Position numbers and translations under genes: made by a program. Source: Eledone cirrhosa (lineage: Eukaryota). Taken from it: a stretch of 64,000 bases of DNA. Where the stretch lies: assembly GCA_964016885.1 (NCBI GenBank), contig OZ024763.1:29078001-29142000 (forward strand), given 5' to 3'. This document shows, piece by piece, positions 42,691 to 56,957 of the stretch. The notes under the pieces were generated by a model, which was not told the DNA's origin, ran no database searches, and saw only the letters and a program-made list of their open reading frames with translations. Every line of letters begins with the position of its first letter. The first letter of the stretch is position 1.

Positions 42691-43524
42691 CTCCAGAAAA
42701 CCTGTAGAGTGCTTCGAATCTGTTTATATATATATATATACATATATATACATGTATATCTACCTACCTATCACACTCTATCTATCTATTTATCAACGAT
42801 CTATTTGCTTCTATATTTCTTAATGAAATTTGAAGAAATCTGAAAATATGAGGGTCCAAAACGTAGAAATGAACTGTAATAACTGTCGATCATTAGAGAT
42901 AATAGTGGAGAAAATTTACCCTTTAAGACTGAAAAATAAACAGGGTTACACACGAGGAATCGAACCCCAAATCTCACGAACTTATGTGTAAATGTATGTT
43001 TTCTGTGTTGGGTGTGTGCTGTGTGTGTTGTGTGTGCATGTGTGACTGTGTGTGTGTTTTGTGTATGTATGTGTGTGCTTGTGTGTGTCCCAAATAGCCT
43101 CCACCACACCCCTCCATCTTTGTACCCCTAATACCCTCTACACATTCCACCCCTCCAGCTTTGTACCCCAAATACCCCCACCCCCACCACCCCAACCCCA
43201 TCCACCTCTGTACCCCTAATACCCTCCACTCACCCCTCCAACATTGTACCCCTAATACCCTCCACACACTTCACCCCTCTATCCTTGTACCCCTAATAAC
43301 TCTCCACCTCCACCCCTATCCCTATACCGGTATGTTCCCCCCCCCCTCCCCCCTGTCAGTTAACCGCCATCTTAGAAATGTCTTCTGTCCTCTATCAGGT
43401 TACAAAGCTGTGTGTAAAATGTTATGAATGGTTTTACCAGAATCTTGTCAAAATAAACATTTGGAAACATATCACACCCTCACTAAGATGGTGTCTAATA
43501 GCTCTGTTAATGATGGCTAATGGC

Positions 43525-44440
43525 TGGTGGTGGTGGTGGTGGTGGTGTGGTGGTGGTGGTGTGGTGGTGGTAGTGGTGGTAGTGGTGGTAGTGGTGGCAG
43601 TGGTGGCAGTGGTGGTAGTGGTGGTAGTGGTGGTGGTGGTAGTGGTGTTGTTGTTGTTGTGGTGGTGGTGGTAGTGGTGTTGGTGTTGGTGTTGATGGTG
43701 GTGTTGGTGTTGGTGGTGGTGGTGTGGTGTGGTGGTGGTAGTGGTAGTGGTGGTAGTGTTGGTGGTGGTGGTGGTGGTGGTGGTGGTAGTGGTAGTGGTG
43801 TTGGTGGTGTTGTTGTTGTGGAGGTGGTGTGGTGGTGGTGTTGGTGGTGTTGTTGTTGTGGTGGTGGTGGTGGTGGGGTGGTGGTGTTGGTTGTGGTGGT
43901 GGTAGTGGTGTTGTTGTTGTTGTTGTTGTGGTGGTGGTGGTGGTGTGGTGGTGGTGTTGTTGTTGTTGCTGTGGCGGTGGTGGTGATGGTGGTGGTGGTG
44001 GTGTGGTGGTGTGATGTTGTTGTTGATATTGGTGGTGGTCGTGGAGGTTATAGTTGTCATAGTGTTATTGTTGGTGGTTGTTGTTGTTGTTGTTGTGGTG
44101 GTGATGGTGATTGTGATGATGATGGCGGTAATGGTGGTGGTAGTGATGATATTGGTGGTGGTTCGAATTTGATGATTGTTGTTGTTGTAACTGTGGTGGT
44201 GGTGGTTGAAGTAATGATGATGATAGTGGTGATGGTGGTGGTTAGGCGTTGGTGAATGTTGTAGCTGTGGCAACGATGGTGGTGGTTGTGATGGTGATGA
44301 TGGTGATGATGATGGCGGAAGCTTTAGACAGTAGTGGTAGTGGTATTGGTGTTATTACTATTGGAGGAGGTGGCGGCGGCAGTGGTGGTGGTGGTGTTGG
44401 CGGCGGCGGCGGCGGTGGTGGTGGTGGTGGTGGTGGTGGT
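43525..44440. repeat. (GGT/GTT/GAT)n low-complexity tract
   Basis: Read directly from the sequence. Confidence 0.92.
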
Positions 44441-44489
44441 TGCACAGCTGTTGCTGCCGAATCTGATGTTTGTTGTTATGGTAATATAT

Positions 44490-44668
44490 TTGTTTCTACT
44501 TTTGGCACAAGGCCAGCAAAATACCCAGTACATTACTGGTACTTTATTTTATCGACCCCGTAAGGATGAAAGGCAAAGTTAACCTCGGCGGGATTTGAAC
44601 TCAGACCACAAAGGGCCGTAACTCTTTGCTGCAAAGCATGGCGTCCGACCCTCTACCGATACTGCCAA
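44490..44668 (-). mobile_element. Near full-length tRNA-derived SINE
   Basis: Minus strand TGGCAGTATCGGTAGAGGGTCGGAC...GAGTTCAAATCCCGCCGAGG...core...tail. Confidence 0.85.
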
Positions 44669-44979
44669 ATGGTAATATTGATATCAGTAAAGGAGATGAT
44701 GATGATGATGATGATGACACTGATGGAGGGTTCGATGCTTCTTGTGATAGCGGTAGAGCTGGTAGTGATGATGATGATGATGTTGATGGTCGTTGTGGTG
44801 TCTGCGGTTGACTTGATGACGGTAGAAAGTTCAGATTTATGATGTGGTGTATTACCAACTGACTACAAACAATACTGAACTTAACTATAAGCTGAATAAA
44901 CTATAGCTTAGGCCCCCACACCCTCGGGGGATTCAGCTTTAAAAACATCTTTATTTTATATTTGTTAATATATATATAT

Positions 44980-45172
44980 AGGAAAAAGTATGACGCCGAC
45001 GGCAGAGCTTAAGCCGTTTCGACGGCTATTTCTGGACTAGAAATAGCCGTCGAAACGGCTTGAGCTCTGCCGTCGGGGTCATACTTTTTCCTATTTCCCA
45101 CTCTACTACCCTAAGTATTGAGTACTCTGGTGCGTTATGGTCCATCTGGTTCCTTACCACAATTCCTTTGTT
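44980..45172. mobile_element. Family K fold-back element
   Basis: Arms ~44979-45033 and ~45037-45093; further family K fragments at 38975-39040 and 45473-45610. Confidence 0.75.
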
Positions 45173-45222
45173 ATATATATATATATATATATAAAGAATA
45201 AATTAAAAGATGGTTAAAATAG

Positions 45223-45290
45223 TTTTATTATGCGCATTTCGAAAATAACACCATCCTGGGACAAAAATTGTGTTCTCATCAGATAAAATA
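45223..45290 (-). ncRNA. Type I hammerhead ribozyme motif (family F)
   Basis: Minus strand TATTTTAT-CTGATGA-GAACAC...GTGTTATTTTC-GAAA-TGCGCA-TA-ATAAAA. Confidence 0.72.
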
Positions 45291-45625
45291 AGGTAACATG
45301 ATATGAGGCCTAAAAACACTTGTGAACAAGAAAGTGTCCATACATATGACAAAAAATAGGAAAAATGAAGAATATGTATATATAGTAAGTACAGTGAATT
45401 TTTTGAAATTTATTTTGAAACTTTTTCTTATTTGCTAAACCTTGATTATATATATATATGTGTATATGTAATAGAGTGAGGACCCCGACGGCTGAGCTGT
45501 CGAAACGGCCGGATCTCAGCCGTTGGGGTCCTGACTCTTTTCCTATTACCCACTCTACTACCCTAAGTATAGAGTACTTTGGTGCGTTATAGTCCTCTTG
45601 GTATCATACACACATACATACATAC

Positions 45626-45887
45626 ATGATGATAGCTGCCCCCTCGTTATCGAATATGGCCATTGCACGATATACCATTATTAATAATTATTAATTAATT
45701 CAATCGTGCAATGCCTGTGCGTGAAGATATTTTTTAAAGTGAGGAAAGACTGTGCACTGAGCCAATCCCACTCTCTGAGAGACAGTAGCTGTAACCCGAA
45801 AAGAAGAAAAGATCAACATCATCGGTAACTACTGAGCCGCAGGTTTTATCTCGGAGTTATCCCAGTTTCCTGAATTGCCTTCTCCTA
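45626..45887 (-). mobile_element. Diverged RTE-related non-autonomous element
   Basis: Shares GCACTG..CCAATCCCACTCTCT, AAGAAGAA..GATCAACATCAT and CCTTCTCCTA blocks and the terminal hairpin with the 24131 family. Confidence 0.6.
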
Positions 45888-45896
45888 CATATATAC

Positions 45897-46500
45897 ATGG
45901 TGGGTGCCAACTCGTTTTCGAGTACGGCCACTACTTTATATCCATGTAGGAGAACTCCTACCGATGCGCTGAACGAGTGTGACTTTTTAGTCCAGCCAGC
46001 GACGTGAAAACTCTGGTACAAACACTACACTTGTGACAATTATTGACACAGTGCTGGGCCCATGGTACCATGTGACGACAAGTGCAGAGAGATCTCCAGA
46101 TATAAAGCAATGCCTGTGCTGTGAAGCTTTTATAGTGAGCAAAGGCACTGCACAAAGCCAGTCCCACTCTCTTAACCAAGATGATATTTACCAAAAAGAA
46201 GAACAAGTCAACATCATTGGATACCATCAGGGTTGCAGGTGTTATATCAGAGTTTTCCTTCTCCTAGAATTCTGCCTTGACAAAGGCTAAGGGGTCATCT
46301 CTCCCGGTGATTTTGGATGGCCATTGGCTCTCAAGAGCTCTTTTGTCCTTTGACAGGTTTTGTTTTTAGTCCTGCAGGATGTCCAAAGTCACCCTTCTCA
46401 CCAAGAAACCTTGGTGGGGTTGCTAGTTTAGTCGCCAACGACCCGACCACGAGACAGGTTGTACTGGGATACATGTTACCAGTAGCACCAACTGGTGACC
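45897..46500 (-). mobile_element. Non-autonomous RTE-derived retroelement, copy 2 (longest 5' end)
   Basis: Reverse complement of 24131-24707 plus ~30 nt more 5' sequence. Confidence 0.8.
46423..46500 (-). ncRNA. Candidate HDV-like ribozyme at the element 5' end
   Basis: Minus strand GGTC-[ACCAGT..ACTGGT hairpin]-CCAGT-AC(AACCTGTCTC)GT-GGTC-GG-GTCG(TTGG)CGAC-TAA-ACTAG (ACTGG in copy 1) follows the P1/P2/P3/P1.1/P4 order; P1 and P3 are short. Confidence 0.45.
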
Positions 46501-46836
46501 TGACATACATACATACATACATACATACATACATACATACATACATACATACATACATACATACCTACATACAAACAGACCGATAGATAGATAAATAGTT
46601 TGATAGATATAATTAGATAGATAGACAGCCAGACAGACAGACAGAGGCCTGTCTAGAAGACTAGATAGATGTAACCTCGACAAGATCAAATGTACCTGTC
46701 TCTGTAAACATACATACGGTGCGACACTTTTAGATAACACTTAACCAGTAATGCTTAACAGATGGGATAATGGTAAAAATCTACTTAAATGGCAGTGTGG
46801 TCACTTCTAAGGGTATATATATATATATATATATAT

Positions 46837-46969
<133 letters not shown>

Positions 46970-47134
46970 CATGAATATATATAAATATATATTTGTATTA
47001 TATATAATGAATATATAACATATATGTATATACACATATCTCTCTATATCTATATATGTACATACATACATAAAAATATATTCTCTCTCTCTACATATAT
47101 ATATATATATTATTTATAAAACTGGTATATATTT

Positions 47135-47199
47135 TATTTTGTCTGATGAAGGCATACCATAATTTAACATGGTATCCTTGAAATATGTATAATGAAATA
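47135..47199 (+). ncRNA. Type I hammerhead ribozyme motif (family E) within element 47110-47332
   Basis: TATTTTGT-CTGATGA-AGGCATACCAT(AATTTAAC)ATGGTATCCTT-GAAA-TATGTA-TA-ATGAAATA. Confidence 0.78.
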
Positions 47200-47330
47200 A
47201 ATATGGTTTTATAAATATAGTTTCCATTTGTTAATATCGTATATTTACTCCAAAAATTTTGTCGAGTGCTTTATATTAGTTATAAAAATATTTACTTGTT
47301 GTATCCCAACAATTTAAATAGAACTTTTGC

Positions 47331-47371
<41 letters not shown>

Positions 47372-47437
47372 TATATATATATATACATATATACATATAT
47401 ATATGTATATATCTTATATATATATATATATATATAT

Positions 47438-47915
47438 ATACTATATAATATTTTGAGAATAAGCTCTCAGTCCTTTACAATAATTAAGCTCCAGGAAAGG
47501 GGCATTTCCGAGCAGTTAAATACATTAAAATATATGATAAACACAAAACGTGTTTGCATTGCAACAGACAGTCAGCTATTAATGAAATAAACTAATTAAA
47601 GTGAATACAATTTGTCTGTCTCGATATAAGTCAATAAAGACAAGCTTATATTGGCAACTGCCATGATTCCTGGACAGATTTAAATTTAAAAATCCAAACC
47701 TGTTCTGTAGACGAATTTGAACCTCGAAACCCAAATCCGTTTCGCAATGGTGGTATGTGAATTTAAAAAATAAAGAGAATCGAAATGGAATTGAAATAAA
47801 AAGTGAAATATTCAAATCTTCTGTGCATATCAACAGGAATCCAGTAGAAATTAGTACATCTCACATCAAAAAATTTTGCAAGTCTGACTACACGTGTATA
47901 GCCAGACCAAACTAG
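47438..47915 (+). mobile_element. Possible non-autonomous Helitron
   Basis: Ends in a hairpin (CTGACTA..TAGCCAG) followed 6 nt later by CTAG; starts with TACTATATAA. Single copy here, so the boundaries are unverified. Confidence 0.35.
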
Positions 47916-47945
47916 CCGTCCCGCATTAACGGTGCTAGAAATAAC

Positions 47946-48879
<934 letters not shown>

Positions 48880-48983
48880 CAAAAACAGACACAAATGTAT
48901 ATATAGGGTGTCCGAAAAAATGTATACACACTTCAACAGCATTCTCATACATTTTTTTATATATGTGTGTGTGTGTATTTATT

Positions 48984-49053
<70 letters not shown>

Positions 49054-49129
49054 ACACACACACATATACATAAATATATACATTTATATATACATATACC
49101 TATATATACATTTATATATACATATATAT

Positions 49130-49698
49130 ATGGTGGCTACCAACTCGTTTTCGAGTACGGCCACTACTTTATATCCATGTAGGAGAACCCCTACCGATGG
49201 GCTGAACGAGTGTGACTTTTTAGTCCAGCCAGCGACTTGAAAACTCTGGTACAAACACTACACTTATGACAATTACTGACACATAGTGCTGGGCCCATGG
49301 TACCATGTGATGACAAGTGCAGAGAGATCTCCAGTTATATAAAGCAATGCCTGTGCCATGACGATTTTATAGTGAGCAAAAGCACTGCACAAAGCCAGTC
49401 CCACTCTCTTAACCAAGATGATATTTACCAAAAAGAAGAACAAATCAACATCATTGGATACCATCAGGGTTGCAGGTGTTATATCAGAGTTTTCCTTCTC
49501 CTAGAATTCTGCCTTGACAAAGGCTAAGGGGTCATCTCTCCTGGTGATTGACTCTTAAGAGCTCCTTTGCCCTTTGACAGGTTTTGTTTTTAGTCCTGCA
49601 GGATGTCCAAAGTCACCCTCCTCACCAAGAAACCTTGGTAGGGTTGGCAGTTTAGTCGCCAACGACCCGACCATGGGACAGGTTGTACAGGGATACAT
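49130..49698 (-). mobile_element. Non-autonomous RTE-derived retroelement, copy 3
   Basis: Reverse complement of 24131-24707 with a small internal deletion. Confidence 0.8.
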
Positions 49699-50084
49699 TA
49701 TATATATATATATATATATATATACATTTACATATACATACACATATATATATATACATACTCAGAGAGACACATATATATATCTTATTCTTTCATTCTG
49801 ACATTACTTAAACGCCATGAATCCCTCCATTCTTGGATTCGCAAATTCTATATCACCCCCCCCCCCCCCCCCTCTTCACTCCTGTATTCCCTCCTTTTAT
49901 CTTCTCCATTGTCGCTTTTCTTTCTTGTTTTTTTTACTTGTGTAAATATATCCTTCACGGGATATATAGCTACGTGGCTTAGTGGTTAGTGAGTTCGGCT
50001 CACTCCCGTACCGGCGTCAGTTTCATTTACAGCGGCGCTTTGTCTTCTTCGTTTTCTTCTTCTTCTTCTTCTTCTTCTTCTTCT

Positions 50085-50545
50085 TTGCTCTATTATTCGA
50101 TAGGATCTGGCGCCCTTAGAAGGTAAGACTGTCATGAGCAATCCGCGGCCTGCGAAACTTTCTGAATGGCTCGTCTAAGTCACCTAAGTAAAATCTTTCT
50201 GATTTTTTTACTCCGGAGACTTCTGGTGCCCTTGGCTACGTCCCTACTTACCACCATAGGCGCGGAGCTGGTTGCCTATAGAAGTGGAGACTTCTGGTGT
50301 CCTTGGCCCTAGGGCTACCTCCCTACTTACCACCATAGACGCTGAGTTGGCCAGCCGCAGGTGTGAGCCTCGCGAGATGGAATGGCTCTTTCAGTGCATC
50401 TCCCTTACCATCCTCCGGGGAAACGCCTTCTCCATTCTGTCCGCCCGGGGGCTGTGGGAAGGCCAGCACGTGGGACCCCATTTGCTCACTATAGAGAGAG
50501 ATGGGGAGGGCGAGACAGATGGAGGCGATGACAGTGGGAATTCGG
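50085..50545 (+). mobile_element. Composite repeat: hAT MITE left end fused to a CRE-like non-LTR retrotransposon C-terminal fragment (copy 1)
   Basis: 50272-50445 encodes PIEVETSGVLGPRATSLL...EPREMEWLFQCISLTILRGNAFSIL, resembling the VET.G..G...QR.S..I.RGNA motif of CRE/RLE-type elements; 50128-50210 matches 58372-58460. Confidence 0.68.
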
Positions 50546-51239
50546 CTCTTCCCCTCTTTCTCTCTACATAACTCCGTCTCTCACACTTCTTTTTCTCTCT
50601 CTCTCACACTTCTTTTTCTCTCTCACCCTCTTTTTATTTCCATCACTCTCTCTCTTTCACCATCTCCCTCAGCCTCTCCTCTTCCCCCATTCTCGTTCCC
50701 CTACTACACGCCCCCCCCCCCCCCCATTTCACCATTTCGTCGTCTGTTCTCTACATATTCAGGTGTGTGTAAGATCTACGAAGACCCACCCCCTCTCTTT
50801 ATAACACCTAACCATCTCCCCCTCACCCTCCTTCCCCACTCTCTCTCTCTCACCCTCTCATTTACCCCTCTCCACCCCCCCCCCATATCACCCTCTCGTC
50901 GTCTGCTCGCTACATACTCAGGTGTGTAAGATCTACAAACACCTGTCCCTAACTCCCACGCCACTTCAATCCGATTGACAGTCTTTTTATTTTTCTACGT
51001 AAAAACAGTATCGATTACCAATTTATCGATCTGCTATCATATGCTTTTCTTCTTCCTCTATCATATCTACCTTTGTATATTTATTTGTTTGTTTATTTGC
51101 ATCTTGTTGTAGTTGTTGTTGTTGTTGTGTTTGTTTTGGTTTCTGATGTGGTTGTTGTTGTTTTTTTGTCTATTCTTTTTTAATATATTTGTTTTATATA
51201 GATAAATATAAATATATATAAATATATTTGTGTAGATAT

Positions 51240-51280
<41 letters not shown>

Positions 51281-51370
51281 ACACAAACACATATATATGT
51301 GTATGTATGTACGTATATATGTAGATGTATACATATCTGTGTGTATATATATATATGTATATATATGTAC

Positions 51371-51424
<54 letters not shown>

Positions 51425-51445
51425 ATGTATATGTATATATGTACG

Positions 51446-51496
<51 letters not shown>

Positions 51497-51645
51497 ATGT
51501 ATAAATATATGTATATATATATATATATATATGTGTATATATATGTATGTAATATATATATATATATGCACCCACAACACACAGGAAGTGGTCGATAAAG
51601 ATGCATTTATATATGTGTGTATATATATATATATTTGTGTATATA

Positions 51646-51677
<32 letters not shown>

Positions 51678-52029
51678 CATACATGCGCATATATATGTGG
51701 GTGGGTGTGTGTTGACACAAATGAGAGTCGTTGAGTGAAAACTTCACACCATTCGATACAAATATGCTTTGACCAGCATTAACACCAACACCAATGAAAC
51801 CACCACCACCACCACCACCATCATCATCAATATCATTTATCCATAACTCTATCGATATGGCAAGTATGATTCCAAAACACGCCTCCCTTCCCTGAAGCAT
51901 CACCCCCCACTTTCCAATCGTTATCATCAATAATGATGTTGACACTATATCATTTTTCAGGTCAAGGACTTTCGGTACTTTCCCATAATTCTTTCGTAAG
52001 GAAGTCCCCAGTTTTACAAGCGATGGAAC

Positions 52030-53048
52030 TGACATATGGATGCTTTCATCCAAACACCAAAAGCACCTTGATGGCACCTACACTCGCCTGCTTCAGCGCA
52101 TTCAGACCATAAGCTGGCGACATCTGACCTTGAGAGAGAGATATGTCGGCCTTCCTTGCATATCTACCATTGTACGTAAAAGGAGAGTAAGTTCTGTTGG
52201 CCACTGCCATTGTGCCCCCTATGAGGCTGTGTCCCCATTAGTGCTTTGGAAGCCACAGCAGTCACTAATAACAGGGGGCACAAGCTCTCCTATCCCGATT
52301 GCCTAGCCACTGCCATTGTGCCACCTATGAGGCTATGTTTAGATTAGTGCTTTGGAAGCCACAACAGTCAGTAATAACAGGGGACACAAGCTCTCCTATC
52401 CCGATTGGCTGGCCACTGCCATTGTGCCACCTATGAGGCTATGTTTAGATTAGTGCTTTGGAAGTCACAACAGTCAGTAATAACAGGGGGCACAAGCTCT
52501 CCTATCCCGATTGCCTGGCCACTGCCATTGTGCCACCTATGAGGCTATGTTTAGATTAGTGCTTTGGAAGCCACAACAGTCAGTAATAACAGGGGACACA
52601 AGCTCTCCTATCCCGATTGGCTGGCCACTGCCATCGTGCCACCTATGAGGCTTTGTTCACATTAGTGCTTTGGAAGCCACAACAGTCAGTGATAACAGGG
52701 GGCACAAGCTCTCCTATCCCGATTGGCTGGCCACTGCCATCGTGCCACCTATGAGGCTTTGTTCACATTAGTGCTTTGGAAGCCACAACAGTCAGTAATA
52801 ATAGGGGGCACAAGCTCTCCTAACCGATTGGCTGGCCACTGCCATCGTGCCACCTATGAGGCTTTGTTCACATTAGTGCTTTGGAAGCCACAACAGTCAG
52901 TGATAACAGAAGGTACAAGCTCTCTAATCCCGATGTCATCTCCAGAGATTCTGGTGTTGAAATCCAGGACTTGGCAACAGCAATAAACAACAGACCCCCG
53001 TGGAGATCAACTGTTGAGTCCATTTCTTCTGAGGCCGCCGGATGGTGA
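52030..53048 (+). mobile_element. RTE-clade LINE 3' fragment with an internal tandem amplification
   Basis: LDGTYTRLLQRIQTISW...LPCISTIVRKRR...GHCH...LVLWKP...PDVISRDSGVEIQDLATAINNRPPWRS. Confidence 0.8.
52199..52934 (+). repeat. ~106-bp tandem repeat, 7 copies, derived from RTE coding sequence
   Basis: Unit starts GGCCACTGCCAT at ~52199, 52305, 52411, 52517, 52623, 52729 and 52834. Confidence 0.92.
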
Positions 53049-53205
53049 CAAGCGATCACTCAGAATGTCTTTTTAATTGCGCCCTCGTCCCTCCCAGGTT
53101 GCACGGCCGCCCATTAACACTTGTAGATGGTGAGGATTCTTTCTATACAAACATCACCTTGTCCAACTGAAGTGGTGGTCATGGCAGGAGTGGGATAGGA
53201 CAATT

Positions 53206-53277
<72 letters not shown>

Positions 53278-53307
53278 TTAGAAAGTGAAAAACACAATAT
53301 ATAACGA

Positions 53308-53375
53308 CTCCATTACCAAAGGTTTCAGGACACTAGACAATACTAACATACGTCAGGATCGTTCATCAGACAGAT
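53308..53375 (-). ncRNA. Type I hammerhead ribozyme motif (family G)
   Basis: Minus strand TCTGT-CTGATGA-ACGATCCTGAC...GTCTAGTGTCCT-GAAA-CC(TTT)GG-TA-ATGGAG. Confidence 0.62.
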
Positions 53376-53777
53376 GTTAACATCTCTGTCTAATGAACTT
53401 ATATTATGATTACGTGGATTGGCAGTATCGGTAGAGGGTCGGACGCCATACTTTGACGCATAGAGTTACGGCCCTTGCCATTCTGAGTTCAAATCCCGGT
53501 AATAATTCTGGTAATAGAGTCGTTCACTTTCTAATTAAATAGCTCTGTTCTATACATAGAGCACTCTCTTTTCCTTTGCTTTTTCTTCGGAATTACCTAA
53601 CACACACACACACACACACACATATATGTATATATATATACACACACAAATATATATATATACTGTATATATATATTTATTAAAATAACAGATTTGCTCT
53701 TCGGTTCTTATATATTTGATATATATTTTCCTTATCGAGCCCTCTCTGGATTTTAGTCTTCAATTTTATTATTATTA

Positions 53778-53827
<50 letters not shown>

Positions 53828-53944
53828 GTAGAACACTGGTGAGTTATATCGGTGGTTTTAGAGCACTCACTCCATGGGACAAAATTTTAACTTTTCGAAA
53901 ATTACCTATTGCTAAGGGCCACCCTAATATACATATATGCATAT

Positions 53945-53986
<42 letters not shown>

Positions 53987-54174
53987 TTATATACACTCCA
54001 TGTCCCTCTCTTACCCTGCTACATGTGCTCAAATATTCAAACAGCTTAGAATATACGTAAAAACATGCAGGACGCAACCGGGCGTGCTGCATACATAGAA
54101 GTTTGCATATATTATGCATAGATGACATATCTACAAAAAAAAAAAAAATCTATACACACACCCAGATAAACACT

Positions 54175-54228
<54 letters not shown>

Positions 54229-54653
54229 TATACTTATACATATATAGATACACACATATATATACATATACACACAGACACAGATTTATAATATATATAT
54301 ATATATATATAGACACATATATATATATATACATATACACACAGACACAGATTTATAATATATATATATATATATATAGACACATATATATATATACATA
54401 TATATATATATGGAAACACACACACATTTATATATACGCACACATATATATACATATATACATACATTTGTATACATACATATGTATACACACATACATA
54501 TGTATACATACATACATACATACATATGTATAGTTACTTACATATGTATACATACAGACATACACACATATGTATACATACATACATACATATGTATACA
54601 TACATACATACATATATATGTATACCTATGTATACATACATACATATATATGT

Positions 54654-54723
<70 letters not shown>

Positions 54724-54987
54724 GCATATATATATATATATGTGTGTGGATATATATACATATATATGTGTATATGTATGCATGTATGTATATATCAGTC
54801 ATGCATGCAGGGACAGCTATGTAATATATATTTTAGGACAGCAATTCTATGCATTATACACACTTGACAATAATTTGGCATGGTATATAACTATTCAATA
54901 TACCGTGAAGAAAATACACAAAATATACAGTATTGTATTTATACACACACACACATGAATGTATATATATAGAAACACACAGACGCG

Positions 54988-55094
<107 letters not shown>

Positions 55095-55205
55095 ATATAT
55101 AGAGAGAGAAAGAGGTAGATAGAGACTCATATATATACGTGTGTGTAGATTAGACATTATTGAAGGTCTGTATTTATGTTTATATGCATGTAATGATACA
55201 CACAC

Positions 55206-55258
<53 letters not shown>

Positions 55259-55512
55259 CACACGTACACACACACACGCACACATATACACACACGTATA
55301 CATACATGCGTAGGTAGACAGTTAGATGAAAAAGAACCAAAATTGAAACAGAGATACACCGTGCTACAGGAATATATAAACCTGAATTACAATATTATGC
55401 GCCTGACTAGGAAACATACGAGGTTTCAAAATATTTTTCAAATATTCAAAACTGCTGTAAGACTCTTACCGACCTGTTCCACACGAAGCCGCATCAATTA
55501 AAATGAGAAGGA

Positions 55513-56085
55513 TGGCCCTAGGGCTACCTCCCTAATCACCATCATAGGCGCTGAGCTGGACATCCGCAGATGTGAGCTTAGCGTGTTCTTCTTCTTCCTC
55601 TTCGCCCACTTATTCGATAGGATCTGGCCCCCTTAGAAGGTAAGACAGTCTTGGGCAACCTGCTGCCCGCGAAGGTTTCTGAATGGCTCGCCTAAGTCAT
55701 CTAAGTAAAATCTTTCTGATTTTTTTTTACCCCGGAAAGTTCTGGTGTCCTTGACCCTAGGGCTACGTCCCTACTCACCACCATAGGCGCTGAGCTGGTC
55801 AGCCGCAGGGGTGAGCGTCGCGAGATGGAATGGCTCTTCTTCCAGCGCATCTCCCTTACCATCCTCCGGGGAAACGCCTTCTCCATTCTGTTCGCTGGGG
55901 CTGTCGGGTGGCCAGCACGTGGGACCCCATTTGCTCACCATCCGGAGAGATGTGGGAGGGCGAGCGTTATGGCGGTGATGGCGGTGGGAGTTCGGCTCCT
56001 CTGTGTGCCGACCTGGTGTACATGTGAGAGATGGTGGAGGGCGAAAGAAGTGGAGTTGATGACAGTGGGAGTTCAGCTCTCCACG
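55513..56085 (+). mobile_element. Composite hAT-end/CRE-like repeat (copy 2)
   Basis: Colinear with 50085-50545; encodes EMEWLFFQRISLTILRGNAFSIL. Confidence 0.68.
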
Positions 56086-56552
56086 TTTGGGCCATATCCT
56101 TGTGGTTATGTTCATTACCGTATTTTGACGTAAGTCATATATTTTCCCTCGTCGTACACTTTCACCATAACCTAACAAGAATATACTCATATTTCTCAAT
56201 ATAATCGAACCTGTATAATAATTTTCTTTGATTTTTCTCAATCTTCAGAGAACTATACATTCTAAAGGAGTTGATTGATAGATCGGAGGTAAGAAACGAT
56301 ATTTCTTTATTGATTTTTTTCCATTTCTGATAATATCTGCCTGACGCAACTCATGTCATGAGGTGCAGCATGAAATAAAATATTTTGCTTAAAAATACAA
56401 AGACATGGCATTTATCTGGGCCCGGGGTTGTACCCATATCTTTATGATCGTGAATTCAACAGCCTAAAACCTTGGCCAAGACCCTTCAGGCAATGGAAAG
56501 GAGTCGATTGTCAGATTGAACCCAGCAAAGAGAAGGGGCAAGGAGAAATAAC

Positions 56553-56950
56553 GATTTCTGATTTAGGCACAAGGCCAGTAATTTCAGGGGCGAGGAAAGT
56601 CGATTAAATCGACCCCAGTGCGTTACAGGTACTTTATTTTATCGACCTCGTAAGGATGAAAGGCAAAGCTAACCTCGGCAGAATTGAAACTCAGAAGATA
56701 AAGGGCCGTAACTATATGTCTCAAATCATATCCAACGCACTACCGATTCTGCCAAATAATGATTTCATTTTGTGGGAGGGGAAAGTCGAATAAATCGACC
56801 CCAGTGCATGACTGTTACTTTATTTTATCGACCCTGTAAGGATGAAAGGCAAAGCTAACCTCAGCGGGATTTGAACTCAGACCATAAAGAGCCGTAACTC
56901 TATGCTGCAAAGCATGGCGTCCGACCCTCTACCGATACTGATTCTGCCAA
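56553..56950 (-). mobile_element. Two tandem tRNA-derived SINE copies
   Basis: Family core, B box and A box appear twice on the minus strand. Confidence 0.82.
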
Positions 56951-56957
56951 ATATTAA

